From the sequence record MZ443780.1: a stretch of 64,000 nucleotides of DNA. One strand, given 5' to 3'. The position numbers were made by a program, and so were the translations under genes. A model generated the notes under the pieces. It ran no database searches and had not been told where the DNA came from. It saw only the letters and a program-made list of their open reading frames with translations. Below are positions 17,873 through 27,798 of this stretch, piece after piece. Numbering within the stretch: position 1 is the first letter of the stretch; every line of letters starts with the position of its first letter.

Positions 17873-20800
17873 TTACTGATATCGCACGGTGATAACTGCG
17901 GAACCGAATGCGCGAGCGTTGGTACGATAAATCAAGACGTTTTCTGTCAGGTTATCATACACCATCTTACCAACAATCGGACCCTTCTTGCCGTTATCAC
18001 CAGTTACAGGCCACTGAGCACCGTCAAACCCTTGCCACCCTTTGTTCACATTACCTGAACCGTCTGCGGCTGCTGAGAAGACAGCTTGACCGTATGACTG
18101 TCTGACAACAAAGTAGCCGTACTCGTCTGTCTTGGTAGAGAGAACGAATTGACCGCCTGTCGTTGAACGTAAACGTGTCGGTAACTGAGCGAGTGCAATA
18201 CTCACACCAGTAATACCGAAAGGTGCAATGCCGAATCGAGGATAGGATGAGTACGCTGTCATGAAGTGCGTTTGCGTCAGGCGCTGCTGCCCTTCAATGT
18301 AAAGCGCTTTGACACCGAACTGCGTGTCGTTCAGCAACGTACCAATAGTCAGGCGACCAGTCTGCGCATTGATAGAGATGCCTTGCACGTCCACCACATC
18401 GCCTTTACTGTTCGTTATCTGCCACAGGCATTTTGCGCTCACATCCTCTTTCACGAACGTACCTGTACGACCGAGCAATGCGTTCATCTGCATTGAACTG
18501 TCATCACGCACATTCGTATAGCCACCAACTGTCAGGTCTTGCGGGAAACCAATGCCGGGGCATGTGATCTCTTGGACGAGACTGATAGTGGTGCGCTGTT
18601 CGGTAATGATACACTCGACTTTAACTTTCTGCGGGTCTTTCGAAGCAGGGAAACGGAACGTACCGTCTTGTGCTAACGTGAACCCACTAACCGAGTCAAT
18701 GACGTTCCACTGGAACTTGACTGAGTTCGCATCAGGCAAACGGCTTGAGCCAGTAGCGCCTGAACGTCGCGTATAGAAAGCAGTGAAGCGATAGTCGGTG
18801 TTCGGACTAATGTTGCCTGGAGGATTCTCGATGTAGCCGTTGAGAATCGTGTTCTGCGTCTGCAACTCAATTGTGCGCGTACCAATGATAGTCTCATCAG
18901 CAAGACTCAATGGGTTTTGCTTGGTGAAGACAGCTCTCAGGTTAATCACACCATCAGACAGTTGCGCCTGGCCGATAAACAGATGACCGTTCAGAGGATC
19001 AATCGACACACCGTCAACGTTTGTCTCATCACCGATAGACCAGATAGCGTCTGTAGTTATGAGTTCGTCATCAGGGTCAATGATAACACGCAGACCGTAA
19101 GGAACGTACCAGCGCCCATTCTCGTAACCGATAGTTGGGTTTCTGTCAGACACATCCCACACAATGTCAGGACCAGTGATGCCAATTTGACGGAGATATG
19201 TGTTAGCCTGCACAAGGAACACAAGCAACGTTTTCTCAATCTGATACTGGTCGCACGTATAACGAGCGCGAATCAGCACAGCACCATTGACGTTCTGACT
19301 AGGCGTGAGTGAACCCTCGGCATCAATCTCTGCCACGCTATCCGTAGTTGGGATAAGCACTGGCGTGTTATTCGGACCAGGCTGCGTGTAATAGTTCTGC
19401 ACGACTGCCCACTCTGAGTCCACTTCGAGATCAAACGTCTTAGGCGTTTCCTCTGCATACGACCCATCGAGTGTACGCATCACGCCACCAGTCTTGTACG
19501 TGTTGACCAGAGTGTATGACTCGGACAGCACATCAGCACTGATTTGCGTTGCACCCTCGATACGACTGTTAACGATGTTGTTGATGCTCTCTTTAGGTGC
19601 AGGCGAAACGATCAGGTCAATCTTATTGCTCACTCGGAAGAATGAGGCAATGACCTGAGTATACGTGTCGTAATCGTATTTGCTCTTACCTGTTTGCAGA
19701 ATAGCACCATCGAAGTATGCTTTGTTCAAGTCAGCGATACTACCAATAGCGTTGAACATTGGCAGCTTACTGACTTTCATTGCACGGAAGTCTTTGTAGT
19801 CGATAGGCGTTCTGCCCTCAACTATTTCAACGACAGACATACCGCTGTATCGACCAGGCGAGAATTGCAGGAACTTATAATCGTCTGTATCTTTATCTGG
19901 CCAGTTGCCTGTCCACTCAGCAGCAGTCACATACTCCTGACTTCCATCCGCATACGTTGCGAGCAGACGCACGAACGTTCGGGTCTTCTCGTACATCGTG
20001 TCTGGACATTCAATCGTAATGCTGTCCACCAGCGAGCGCGTAGGGATGAGTTGCAGATCACGATAGTTGGTGAGATGCGTTCCTTCGAACTCATACTCCA
20101 TGCTGATACGCGCACTACCATGCAGGTCACCCTGATAGTAAAGCACATACTCTTTCACGGTACGCCCCATAACAGGGTCATGCACGTCAATCGTTGACAG
20201 GCTAACGTTAAGCGTTACCCAACGAGCGTAGTCAGGATGGTCAGGGTCAAACTGACTTGGGTCCTGTCCTTGTTCGACAGCTTGTTGCTGCAATCGAATG
20301 GTACGTGCTCGCGCTTCTTCGATAGCACTTGCCGACGGGATGTATTCGACTTTTACTGCGGCAGCGGCAGCATAAGACAGACCGTTATTCCACAGGCACA
20401 CAACAGGCAGCATCAGCGTAGAGCCGCTACTGATTGTTGGGCTTGAACGCAGATCCACAGACTTCGGAATCATGATCGTATCGTTGACGAGAACAATGCG
20501 GTTGAACGTCACCGTGCTGTTACCATCAATGAATGTGAAGTTCAGCGCGTATGCCACAGCATCGCCAGTGACAAGAGGCGCTTCGAACTCACCAGTCTGC
20601 TGATTGACTACAGGCAGAGCGCTTACCTGCGTTGCAGTGTCCGAGCTACTGAACCAGATGCCAAACACTTCGGTGTAAGCAACCACGATCGAAGGGTCAC
20701 GCGCATCAATCTGAGCCTGAGTAGCAGACGCAAGCACATACAGCGCCATTGCTTTAGGTCTAACGATATCACGTTCAACCACAGTCTCAGGAACAACGAG

Positions 20801-22408
20801 GTCAATCGTTGCCAGCTTAATGTCAGGCGCTTTCAGCACAACCTGCTTCACTGTTTCGATTGGCGTTAACTCACCGAACGAAGCATAGATAGAAGTCAGG
20901 TAATCGCCACGCATCACTTTCGACTTGAGGACGTTCTCGACAATCTCCGTGTGCTCGCTGGTGGTACGCGCTTGAGCGATGCCCAGCTTCGAAGTACCGT
21001 CGTTGTATGTCACTGCATACTTGAGCGCAATCTCCTCGCCTTGAGGGATTTCATCATCAACGATAATGCGCAGTTCGGTTGGCACAAGGTCTTTGACGCT
21101 GCGGTTAACATCGAACTCCTGCGTCTTGGACATATCGAACTGTCCTTGGAACGCAACGCTGATATCAATCGTTGTGTCAGCATCGACGCTAGGCAGAGTG
21201 AGTGTCGTACCGTTGAACGTACCGAGAGAAGACGACAGACCAATCATGCCGCTATCGGTAAGCTCTTTCATTGAACCAGTTGCGAGGTACTTGCCATAGA
21301 CACGCACCTTAGCGCTTGCATTGCCATACAGAGTAGGACATTCAATGAGAAGCTCATCAGGGTCAGGCTCAACGCCGATAGGATAGATGCGCGACTCAAG
21401 TAATTGTTGCGTACCGTTGTACGACAGCGTGAGGTTGATAACAGAGATCGCAAGAGGCTCATTGAAGCGCACAGCGTTACCGTCACGCTCTGCAATCCAC
21501 GAACTGTCTTCTACCCACACTTCGACAGTCTGCTCGGTGTTATCGCTGTAACTGACAACGGCACCGAACGTAGTCCATTCGCCACCACGCACGAACTCAG
21601 GCTGGATGAATGCGATAGACTGCTGCAACGGAGCGCCTACAACAAATCGACGAACAGGCTCAACGACAACATGAGCACCGAGATAAATCTTAGAACTCAG
21701 GTTGATTGCCGCATACACGCCTTCTAACACTTCTTCGATAGGAGCCCACTGATAGAACAGGTCGGCAATGCGACGATAGAACATCGCAGAACGCGCAGTG
21801 TATTGCTGAATGTCATTGTTGACAGGCTCAAAGCCTATGTGGTTGAGGAACCAATCTTCTGCTTCCTGCTGCGTCATGCCTACTTCTTGCAGTGCGTTAA
21901 CGATATCCTGCTCTGCGTCTTTTGTGATCGTCAGGTCAAGTCCACCGTCAATCAGTTGCGCATCGACTTCAAGGTTAACCTTGTTCGACTTGTACCACGT
22001 ACCGCCGTCTTGAATGAGAGTACCAAGAGGCGTAGGCACGAACGTCTGATAGTCTGCTGTATACAGGCGAGAAGCATCGAACTGCCCGCCTAACAACATG
22101 CCGACGAACTTAGGCCACTGAGTTGTACCAGATACTTGCTGCCAGTCAGGTAAGCAGTCGATGACACGTTTCAATGAGGGCAAACGATACTGCATCAGGT
22201 CACGCGTGATGTTGATGCCGAGCTGGCGAATACTTTCTTCGGCCAGCTCATTGTTTGTGTCTGCATTGATACGACGAATGTTAAGCAGTTGCTTGATTGT
22301 CTCAAGGTTCTGCTCGTCGTTGTGCCCATCGAGAATCTCGAACAACTCTGCCCATGCTGGGTTGGCTTCAACGAAGTCAATGTTAAAGGCTAGAGTGTTT
22401 GATTTCAC
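17873..22408 (-). CDS. Large baseplate wedge protein with multiple Ig-like repeats
   Basis: 1511 aa following baseplate J-like gene; repeated Ig-like segments (e.g. SINAQTGRLTIG, SIDPLNGHLFIG). Confidence 0.65.
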   Translation of the reverse strand: MKSNTLAFNIDFVEANPAWAELFEILDGHNDEQNLETIKQLLNIRRINADTNNELAEESIRQLGINITRDLMQYRLPSLKRVIDCLPDWQQVSGTTQWPKFVGMLLGGQFDASRLYTADYQTFVPTPLGTLIQDGGTWYKSNKVNLEVDAQLIDGGLDLTITKDAEQDIVNALQEVGMTQQEAEDWFLNHIGFEPVNNDIQQYTARSAMFYRRIADLFYQWAPIEEVLEGVYAAINLSSKIYLGAHVVVEPVRRFVVGAPLQQSIAFIQPEFVRGGEWTTFGAVVSYSDNTEQTVEVWVEDSSWIAERDGNAVRFNEPLAISVINLTLSYNGTQQLLESRIYPIGVEPDPDELLIECPTLYGNASAKVRVYGKYLATGSMKELTDSGMIGLSSSLGTFNGTTLTLPSVDADTTIDISVAFQGQFDMSKTQEFDVNRSVKDLVPTELRIIVDDEIPQGEEIALKYAVTYNDGTSKLGIAQARTTSEHTEIVENVLKSKVMRGDYLTSIYASFGELTPIETVKQVVLKAPDIKLATIDLVVPETVVERDIVRPKAMALYVLASATQAQIDARDPSIVVAYTEVFGIWFSSSDTATQVSALPVVNQQTGEFEAPLVTGDAVAYALNFTFIDGNSTVTFNRIVLVNDTIMIPKSVDLRSSPTISSGSTLMLPVVCLWNNGLSYAAAAAVKVEYIPSASAIEEARARTIRLQQQAVEQGQDPSQFDPDHPDYARWVTLNVSLSTIDVHDPVMGRTVKEYVLYYQGDLHGSARISMEYEFEGTHLTNYRDLQLIPTRSLVDSITIECPDTMYEKTRTFVRLLATYADGSQEYVTAAEWTGNWPDKDTDDYKFLQFSPGRYSGMSVVEIVEGRTPIDYKDFRAMKVSKLPMFNAIGSIADLNKAYFDGAILQTGKSKYDYDTYTQVIASFFRVSNKIDLIVSPAPKESINNIVNSRIEGATQISADVLSESYTLVNTYKTGGVMRTLDGSYAEETPKTFDLEVDSEWAVVQNYYTQPGPNNTPVLIPTTDSVAEIDAEGSLTPSQNVNGAVLIRARYTCDQYQIEKTLLVFLVQANTYLRQIGITGPDIVWDVSDRNPTIGYENGRWYVPYGLRVIIDPDDELITTDAIWSIGDETNVDGVSIDPLNGHLFIGQAQLSDGVINLRAVFTKQNPLSLADETIIGTRTIELQTQNTILNGYIENPPGNISPNTDYRFTAFYTRRSGATGSSRLPDANSVKFQWNVIDSVSGFTLAQDGTFRFPASKDPQKVKVECIITEQRTTISLVQEITCPGIGFPQDLTVGGYTNVRDDSSMQMNALLGRTGTFVKEDVSAKCLWQITNSKGDVVDVQGISINAQTGRLTIGTLLNDTQFGVKALYIEGQQRLTQTHFMTAYSSYPRFGIAPFGITGVSIALAQLPTRLRSTTGGQFVLSTKTDEYGYFVVRQSYGQAVFSAAADGSGNVNKGWQGFDGAQWPVTGDNGKKGPIVGKMVYDNLTENVLIYRTNARAFGSAVITVRYQ

Positions 22409-23868
22409 TGGTTCATTTTCCTTTCGCTATAGATGATGTTAATGCGAAGGTTACGCAGCGCAACGTACTCAAGCACCGTGTTAGGAATGATGTCCTGAAC
22501 AGGGCTTTCGATATTGCAGTAGTCTACTTCTGGACGACGCACAGGACGATCTGGATCTGTCCAGTCGTACAGCACACGGTCTGTTAAGTCAGACAACGCA
22601 AGACGTTTACCGAGAAGACCAGGGCGGCGCTCAAACAGTTTAAGCACGGACGCTTCGAGTGTCGCTTGGTTTGACTCACGGTTACCGGGCGCATCTGCAT
22701 ACAGCGCTACGTTGAGTGTGCAATCGATCTGTAACTTGTCAGGGTTCCACGATTGAACATCGAGCGGGCTATTGAACTGAGCAAGCCAGTTAAGGAATTT
22801 ATTCCACTGCGCAGAAGTAGGGTTAGGGTTGATGCCTCCCCACGTGCTCGTATTGCGAGGAAGTACGCACACACGCACAACGCCTTGCCACTCACGATCA
22901 TTCGGGGCAATCTCTGCTTGACCCTGAACGACAACATCAGCAACGTCTGGATAGAGCGCGATAGCAGCTTTCCACTCGTCACGTCGAATCAGCTTCTTAC
23001 GGCTGCGGCCAACGATTGGTGCGTAGTTGCGATAGTAGTCAACAGGCGTTTCGTCAGAGCCACCGAGAATAGCGCTAACTGTTTTACCCTGCAGCTGTGG
23101 GTTAGACAGACACTGCACTTTGAGGCCGATGCTGTCTGTGTTGCCACTAGCACCGAGAGACTTAATGCCCTGTACGCGCATCGTATAGCCTGCCGGTGGC
23201 TGTGCTCCCCACTGCTCTCCACCGAACTGAATCTCAACGTCACCTTCATCGGTTGTCACGTCAAGGAAGATCTGCTGGTCAGCATACGCTTCAAACAGGC
23301 ACTTGGTGAAACGCTGATACTCAATGCGTGTGCCTGTAGGGTGCTCGAACCAGACGCGTAGATCGTCAGTCAGTTCGAAGTTATTCGTGCCCAGCTTGAT
23401 AGACATGTAATCAATAGGTGTAGGCACAATCTGGCTGAACGTGAACACTTCACCGATGATGAAGTCAACGTTCTTCACTTCGCCCGGTTCCCACTGAGTA
23501 ACCTCTGCAAGCAGCGCATTGAAGTTACCGATAGTGAAAGGCGTGTACTTGTCGTATGACTGTTTGGTCGAAGACAGGTTAGCAACAGAAGCTGTTACCG
23601 TAGATACTGACTTGCGCCCAATGTCCACGCCTAAGTAACGGGCGTTAGCGAGGATTGAAGTGTTACGACGAGCGAGGCGACTGAACGCTTCACGCGCAGC
23701 AATCAAAGACGCATACGCATTCGTCACACCGATATCGCCGAGTGCATCAGCAAGCAATGCAGTCAACGAGCTTACCTGACTGTCTGTCCAGTAGCTGGAC
23801 TTATTGATACGACTCAGGAAGTCTTGTGCAAACTCCTCGTGAGTCATATACGTGTTAAGCATGGACAT
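22405..23868 (-). CDS. Baseplate wedge protein (T4 gp6 / P2 gpJ-like)
   Basis: ARRNTSILANARYLG, GGSDET...YRNYAP and LIRRDEW...YPDV motifs; follows gp25-like gene. Confidence 0.8.
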   Translation of the reverse strand: MSMLNTYMTHEEFAQDFLSRINKSSYWTDSQVSSLTALLADALGDIGVTNAYASLIAAREAFSRLARRNTSILANARYLGVDIGRKSVSTVTASVANLSSTKQSYDKYTPFTIGNFNALLAEVTQWEPGEVKNVDFIIGEVFTFSQIVPTPIDYMSIKLGTNNFELTDDLRVWFEHPTGTRIEYQRFTKCLFEAYADQQIFLDVTTDEGDVEIQFGGEQWGAQPPAGYTMRVQGIKSLGASGNTDSIGLKVQCLSNPQLQGKTVSAILGGSDETPVDYYRNYAPIVGRSRKKLIRRDEWKAAIALYPDVADVVVQGQAEIAPNDREWQGVVRVCVLPRNTSTWGGINPNPTSAQWNKFLNWLAQFNSPLDVQSWNPDKLQIDCTLNVALYADAPGNRESNQATLEASVLKLFERRPGLLGKRLALSDLTDRVLYDWTDPDRPVRRPEVDYCNIESPVQDIIPNTVLEYVALRNLRINIIYSERKMNQ

Positions 23869-24290
23869 TACTGTGACCTCATAGCAAACGTAATTGATTG
23901 TTTGTCTTCGAGCTTAGGACAACGCCATGTGACAACACACACGTAAGTCTGCTCGTATTGATCGCTCATGGTACAGGCTGTCTGCACGTTCGTCACGTCT
24001 TGCGTCAGACCGTTGTATGGGTCTTCGAGTGCGAGGCGCATGTACGTTGCAATCCAGTCTGCTGTAGTCTGGTCGAATGGGTCAAACAGGTATTGATATA
24101 CGTCTGCACCAAAGTTCTCTCGCCACTTGCGGGAACGCTTTCTCGTACCGATTACCATGAGAATCTTCTGGACAATACTGTCCATGTTCTGCACGTTATC
24201 ACGCGGTTCAAGTTGAATCCACGCATTGATATCACAATAGATGCGCTCGCTTAGTGGCACGTCTATCAGTCGAATCCCGATTCCTGCCAT
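23868..24290 (-). CDS. Baseplate wedge subunit (T4 gp25 / P2 gpW-like)
   Basis: SIVQKILMVIGTRKRSRKWRENFGADVYQYLFDP matches the gp25 family pattern. Confidence 0.85.
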   Translation of the reverse strand: MAGIGIRLIDVPLSERIYCDINAWIQLEPRDNVQNMDSIVQKILMVIGTRKRSRKWRENFGADVYQYLFDPFDQTTADWIATYMRLALEDPYNGLTQDVTNVQTACTMSDQYEQTYVCVVTWRCPKLEDKQSITFAMRSQ

Positions 24291-24580
24291 TAGCCAAATC
24301 TCACGTTAGAACTACCATTTGATGCCGTGTCGCCGCAACTGTTAGGGTCACCTGCACGTTGAGCAGGCTTGCCATTGACACGTACACTTGAGCTTGAAGT
24401 AGCACTACCTGTATGTGGTGGTTTCTTCGGTTTCCAGTGCGGTCGATACTTGTCGCCTTGACGAACACTCCCTTTTCCATTAACAAGCACATTAGAAGAT
24501 GCTTGCGCAGGAACGACAGGGAAATAGCCGCTATGTCCAGTAGACAAATCTGTGCCTAAACGAATAGCTTTCTGACCCAT
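24290..24580 (-). CDS. PAAR-family spike tip protein
   Basis: AIRLGTD..TGH, SSNVLVNGK, RQGD..PH, SSSVRVNGKPAQRAGD...CGD...GSSNV. Confidence 0.9.
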   Translation of the reverse strand: MGQKAIRLGTDLSTGHSGYFPVVPAQASSNVLVNGKGSVRQGDKYRPHWKPKKPPHTGSATSSSSVRVNGKPAQRAGDPNSCGDTASNGSSNVRFG

Positions 24581-24581
24581 A

Positions 24582-24704
24582 TCAATTCCCTCTTTTCATT
24601 GCTGGAATCTTAGGAGCTTTGGGCAGTTTGAATGGCGCTGGGCTTAACTTGCGCTTGCCTTTAAGCACGTCTAAGTACAAATTCCAATCAGTAGATCTGC
24701 ACAT
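24582..24704 (-). CDS. Small basic Lys/Pro-rich protein (40 aa), not in the ORF track
   Basis: MCRSTDWNLYLDVLKGKRKLSPAPFKLPKAPKIPAMKRGN*; GAGGAG SD about 7 nt upstream; stop abuts the PAAR start. Confidence 0.65.
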   Translation of the reverse strand: MCRSTDWNLYLDVLKGKRKLSPAPFKLPKAPKIPAMKRGN

Positions 24705-24728
24705 CGCTTAATCTCCTCTGTTAGACAC

Positions 24729-24736
24729 AAATTAGC
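24729..24736 (-). promoter_or_regulatory. Candidate late promoter motif GCTAATTT
   Basis: Immediately after the terminator at 24751-24780, 25 nt before the 40-aa ORF. Confidence 0.55.
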
Positions 24737-24750
24737 TTGATACGCCCCAG

Positions 24751-24780
24751 AAACAAAAACGGGCGACCCGAAGGCCACCC
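24751..24780 (-). terminator. Intrinsic terminator closing the non-coding region
   Basis: GGGTGGCC-TTCG-GGTCGCCC-GTTTTTGTTT. Confidence 0.8.
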
Positions 24781-25985
24781 AGTTCTTGTGCTTGGAATTT
24801 TGTCGCTTATCCCCTTACGCCCGATGCAAGTGCCACACGTCATTAGACGCGGAGCCGGGATGAATGACCGAGAGTAGTGGCGCACGCCACGCCTGTAAGT
24901 GACTCTCGGGACATGATAGCAAGCGACCAAGCATCGCAATTGCTATCAGCGACAACATGAGCAATATCATTATTGTCGTACTCTCTTTAAACGAACTGGG
25001 TACATCATGGTTTTGATCAGACTACTCCGCTGCCCTTTGCCCAACATCACTAGGGTTTCAGTTTCTTCATCTCTTTACCGCCTACGTTGCGGCGAACCGC
25101 GCACAAGAGCAACACATCAAGAGCACACGGCGGAAAATGGGAAAAGTTCCGTATGCGCTAACAGCATCACTCAAGCGAAGGAGGTGGACGTATCGGTGAT
25201 CTGCGGGAGTTGATACACGTTTTAACAATCGCTATCTTTTGTGCATTAAATCGAAACAGGAACGCGATTGCCCGCTAACATTTCCTGATCGATATTTCAC
25301 ACCCGAGTAAGCGGGTTTTCAGCTATGGCAGTACGTCAGCAGATGGCGGCAGACACACTCCATTGAACACTGTTAAGGGCAGTGCCCAACAGGCTGTGAA
25401 CAGCTTTGACCAAACGTAGAGTCGCTCGTCGCCCAACATCACTTGAGTATCTCGTCTACATTCTTTTACTCCCTAACGCCGGTACAAGGAAGTCCGACGC
25501 CATGAGGGTCTGCGGATGTTTATCACTCTAAGACTCTTCCAACTTATCCCCATACGCAGTGAATCGAGTCGTCCGCTGGATAACTCACTGCGTACCCGTC
25601 AATGCGTCGTGCGACATTGAGGAATAGTCGGTGGAAACTTTTATCATGGAGAGTAGATATCTCCCCAATGCACACTGTTATTGCCAGCCAATGTGCATCA
25701 GGCAGCGTAACTGCAAACTGCTATCCCTATAAGAGAGGCCACAACGCTGGTGGTACGTTCCGCCTGTCTACGCGCCTAGAGGCAAATTGCCGTGCCATGT
25801 CTGTGCAAGAATACCAGCTGGGCCTTGTAAGCGTCAGCAGCAGAGCAATAGTCTATCGCGTGGTTGCCGGGGTTATCCTCACGATTACAGAGCGCGAACT
25901 CAAACCGGCTGGAGGCTCGTCACTGATAAACGGCAGCGACAAGTTTAATACCAGACAGCACCCGCTAAGTATACTGTCTGGCTGA
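24781..25985 (-). ncRNA. Candidate large (~1.2 kb) highly structured non-coding RNA, family unassigned
   Basis: No credible ORF; near-continuous inverted repeats (e.g. 25951-58/25974-81, 25553-62/25585-94, 24914-22/24940-48, 24868-75/24902-09, UUCG hairpin 25089-25100); ends at a terminator. Strand inferred from terminator orientation and UUCG loops; 5' end uncertain. Confidence 0.6.
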
Positions 25986-26026
25986 GACATAATGATATTA
26001 CTATCTGCAATTTTTATTTACAGATT

Positions 26027-27790
26027 TTAGAACGCCTTACGCTCAACATTTGAATAAAGTGTATCGTAAGGTTCAGAGTACAGTTCAGGTCCTCGTTGTG
26101 CGCGAATCGTCACGTAACCTGTATGACGGTTAAACGCTGTGATTTCGACTGTAGGCTGTTTAGGCTTGATAGTCGCATAAATCGGAGCATTCAGTGTAGG
26201 CTCGTCTGTCTGAATCTTATTTACAGATTGCAGAGCAGCACCAGAAACAGTCGGCAAGTTGAAACGCAGTTCAGCACGTTTCTGACCGAACGCAGCGCGA
26301 ATCATACCACGCTCCATCTCTACGCCATTCTGTTTGAGGTATGCAGCAATGCGACGAGCAATACCGGTCAACTGGTCACGAGTACGAGGGTCGAATGTAC
26401 CTTCGAAACTGATTGCTTCCGGCGGCTGACGCACGGACAGATGCAGACCAGTGTTGAAGTAACCCTCAGTCAGAAGACGCAGCACTTCTTTTACGACTTC
26501 TTGCGTGTTTGGTTTGATTGCAGCGATGCGCAGCTCAGGCACATCTACTTTGACCGGGTCGCGCAGCTCAGTTTGGTTATCCATGTAACCGAGAGACACA
26601 TGCTTTGCGTTTGCATACGTGTGCTGCAATACGCCAGTAGCACGAATCAGAACAGAGCCGCCTTTAGCAATGTCGTAGAGTTCGTCGCTGGTGGTTGTGC
26701 TGAACAGGTAGTAGTCTGTAGGCACTGCCATGCGATTAACCGCTTCGACTGCTTTGGTCTGTACTTCTTTTACAGTTTTACCGAAGACTATACGACTACG
26801 GTTAGGCTGAGAAGCAGACACAGGGAAGAATGCGCCGTAAACAACTTCGACGTTCTTCTTGATAGGACGCTCAGATGGAACCTTAGTGCCACCAGACAGA
26901 GGAGGCAGCTTCACGCCCACCAGCTTGCCTTTGACGATAGCTTTGTTTTCTTTGAAAGGCTTGAGGCCGTCAATCACTTTCGCCAGATCAGCACCGCTAA
27001 GAATCTTCTCCAGCGGAACAGCGAGGTTCTGCGGCAAATAGTGTTTCTTGCGATACGAGTAGATTACGGTGTCTTTCTTGATCTGAATAGGCGTTGCCAT
27101 ATTGCGACCAATAACACCGACCGGCTGGAACGTGTTTGCTTTGTCGTCAGCGATTGTGCCATAAGCCTTCGTGAACTCAGTCTGGCCGATGATGTTCGCA
27201 GCACGTAAGTGACCACGAATGATAAACACAATCTTCGGTTCGTCTTTCAGGCGCAGCTCGTAGCGGTCACGGTTCAGGTAAACCATGCTGTACTTGTCGC
27301 CTTTCTCCAGTTCGAGATCGTACTCATCGTTAGCGTCATCGACAACGACTTTCTTACCCTGATACGTAGAGTAGGTGCGAGCGCCCGCAGACTCAGAAGC
27401 AATCTCCAGTGCCTTGCCTGTATTAGACAGCGCAACTGCGAAGTCCATAACGGCGGGCATCAGGTCGAATGAAGATGCTACTGCATACGGTTTGCGTTTC
27501 GGACCGAGCTGAACGTGTACTGCACTACTGCTGGACATGAACACGGTATTGCCTGTGTCCTCATGAGTACCAGCGAAGTGCATACCACTAATGCGCTCGA
27601 TGATGTTCGCGTTGAGTGAAGGGAATGCAATATCGCTACCGGCAGTGAAGTCATAAATTTCACCGTTGCGCCATGCGTATGCGACATTGTTCGAACTAAG
27701 ACCTACAAACGCATCACCCAGCTGGCGAATCGTCAGCGGCATAATGCTTAGGTCACGAATGACTCTGTGTTGCTTTTGAATGAGGTTCAT
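26027..27790 (-). CDS. Hypothetical, probably head-associated protein (587 aa) carrying the shared ~60-aa module
   Basis: Long ORF; SESA followed by TYQGKK...LEKGDKYSM...YELRLKDEPKIVF. Confidence 0.7.
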   Translation of the reverse strand: MNLIQKQHRVIRDLSIMPLTIRQLGDAFVGLSSNNVAYAWRNGEIYDFTAGSDIAFPSLNANIIERISGMHFAGTHEDTGNTVFMSSSSAVHVQLGPKRKPYAVASSFDLMPAVMDFAVALSNTGKALEIASESAGARTYSTYQGKKVVVDDANDEYDLELEKGDKYSMVYLNRDRYELRLKDEPKIVFIIRGHLRAANIIGQTEFTKAYGTIADDKANTFQPVGVIGRNMATPIQIKKDTVIYSYRKKHYLPQNLAVPLEKILSGADLAKVIDGLKPFKENKAIVKGKLVGVKLPPLSGGTKVPSERPIKKNVEVVYGAFFPVSASQPNRSRIVFGKTVKEVQTKAVEAVNRMAVPTDYYLFSTTTSDELYDIAKGGSVLIRATGVLQHTYANAKHVSLGYMDNQTELRDPVKVDVPELRIAAIKPNTQEVVKEVLRLLTEGYFNTGLHLSVRQPPEAISFEGTFDPRTRDQLTGIARRIAAYLKQNGVEMERGMIRAAFGQKRAELRFNLPTVSGAALQSVNKIQTDEPTLNAPIYATIKPKQPTVEITAFNRHTGYVTIRAQRGPELYSEPYDTLYSNVERKAF

Positions 27791-27798
27791 ATAAATCC

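Noticed and set aside
25039-25443. CRISPR or TIGR-like guide array from the AGTGATGTTGGGC repeats
   Set aside because: Only two copies about 390 nt apart, no regular period, and no Cas or Nop-domain gene recognised in the window.
24721-25985. ORFs 24721..24939 (-), 25007..25213 (+) and 25602..25985 (+) as genes
   Set aside because: No SD, atypical composition, and they cross strong hairpins; 24721..24939 runs through the terminator.
24781-25985. Identification as tmRNA, RNase P RNA, or group I/II intron
   Set aside because: Only partial look-alikes (TCAACTCCCGC without a T-stem; AAGGAAGTCC without its P4 partner; GAGCCG without domain V). No tRNA-like ends, and the element does not interrupt a gene.
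24781-25985. A gene hidden by stop-codon recoding
   Set aside because: Flanking genes end normally in TAA, TGA and TAG (TAG at 29326), with no sign of read-through in known proteins.
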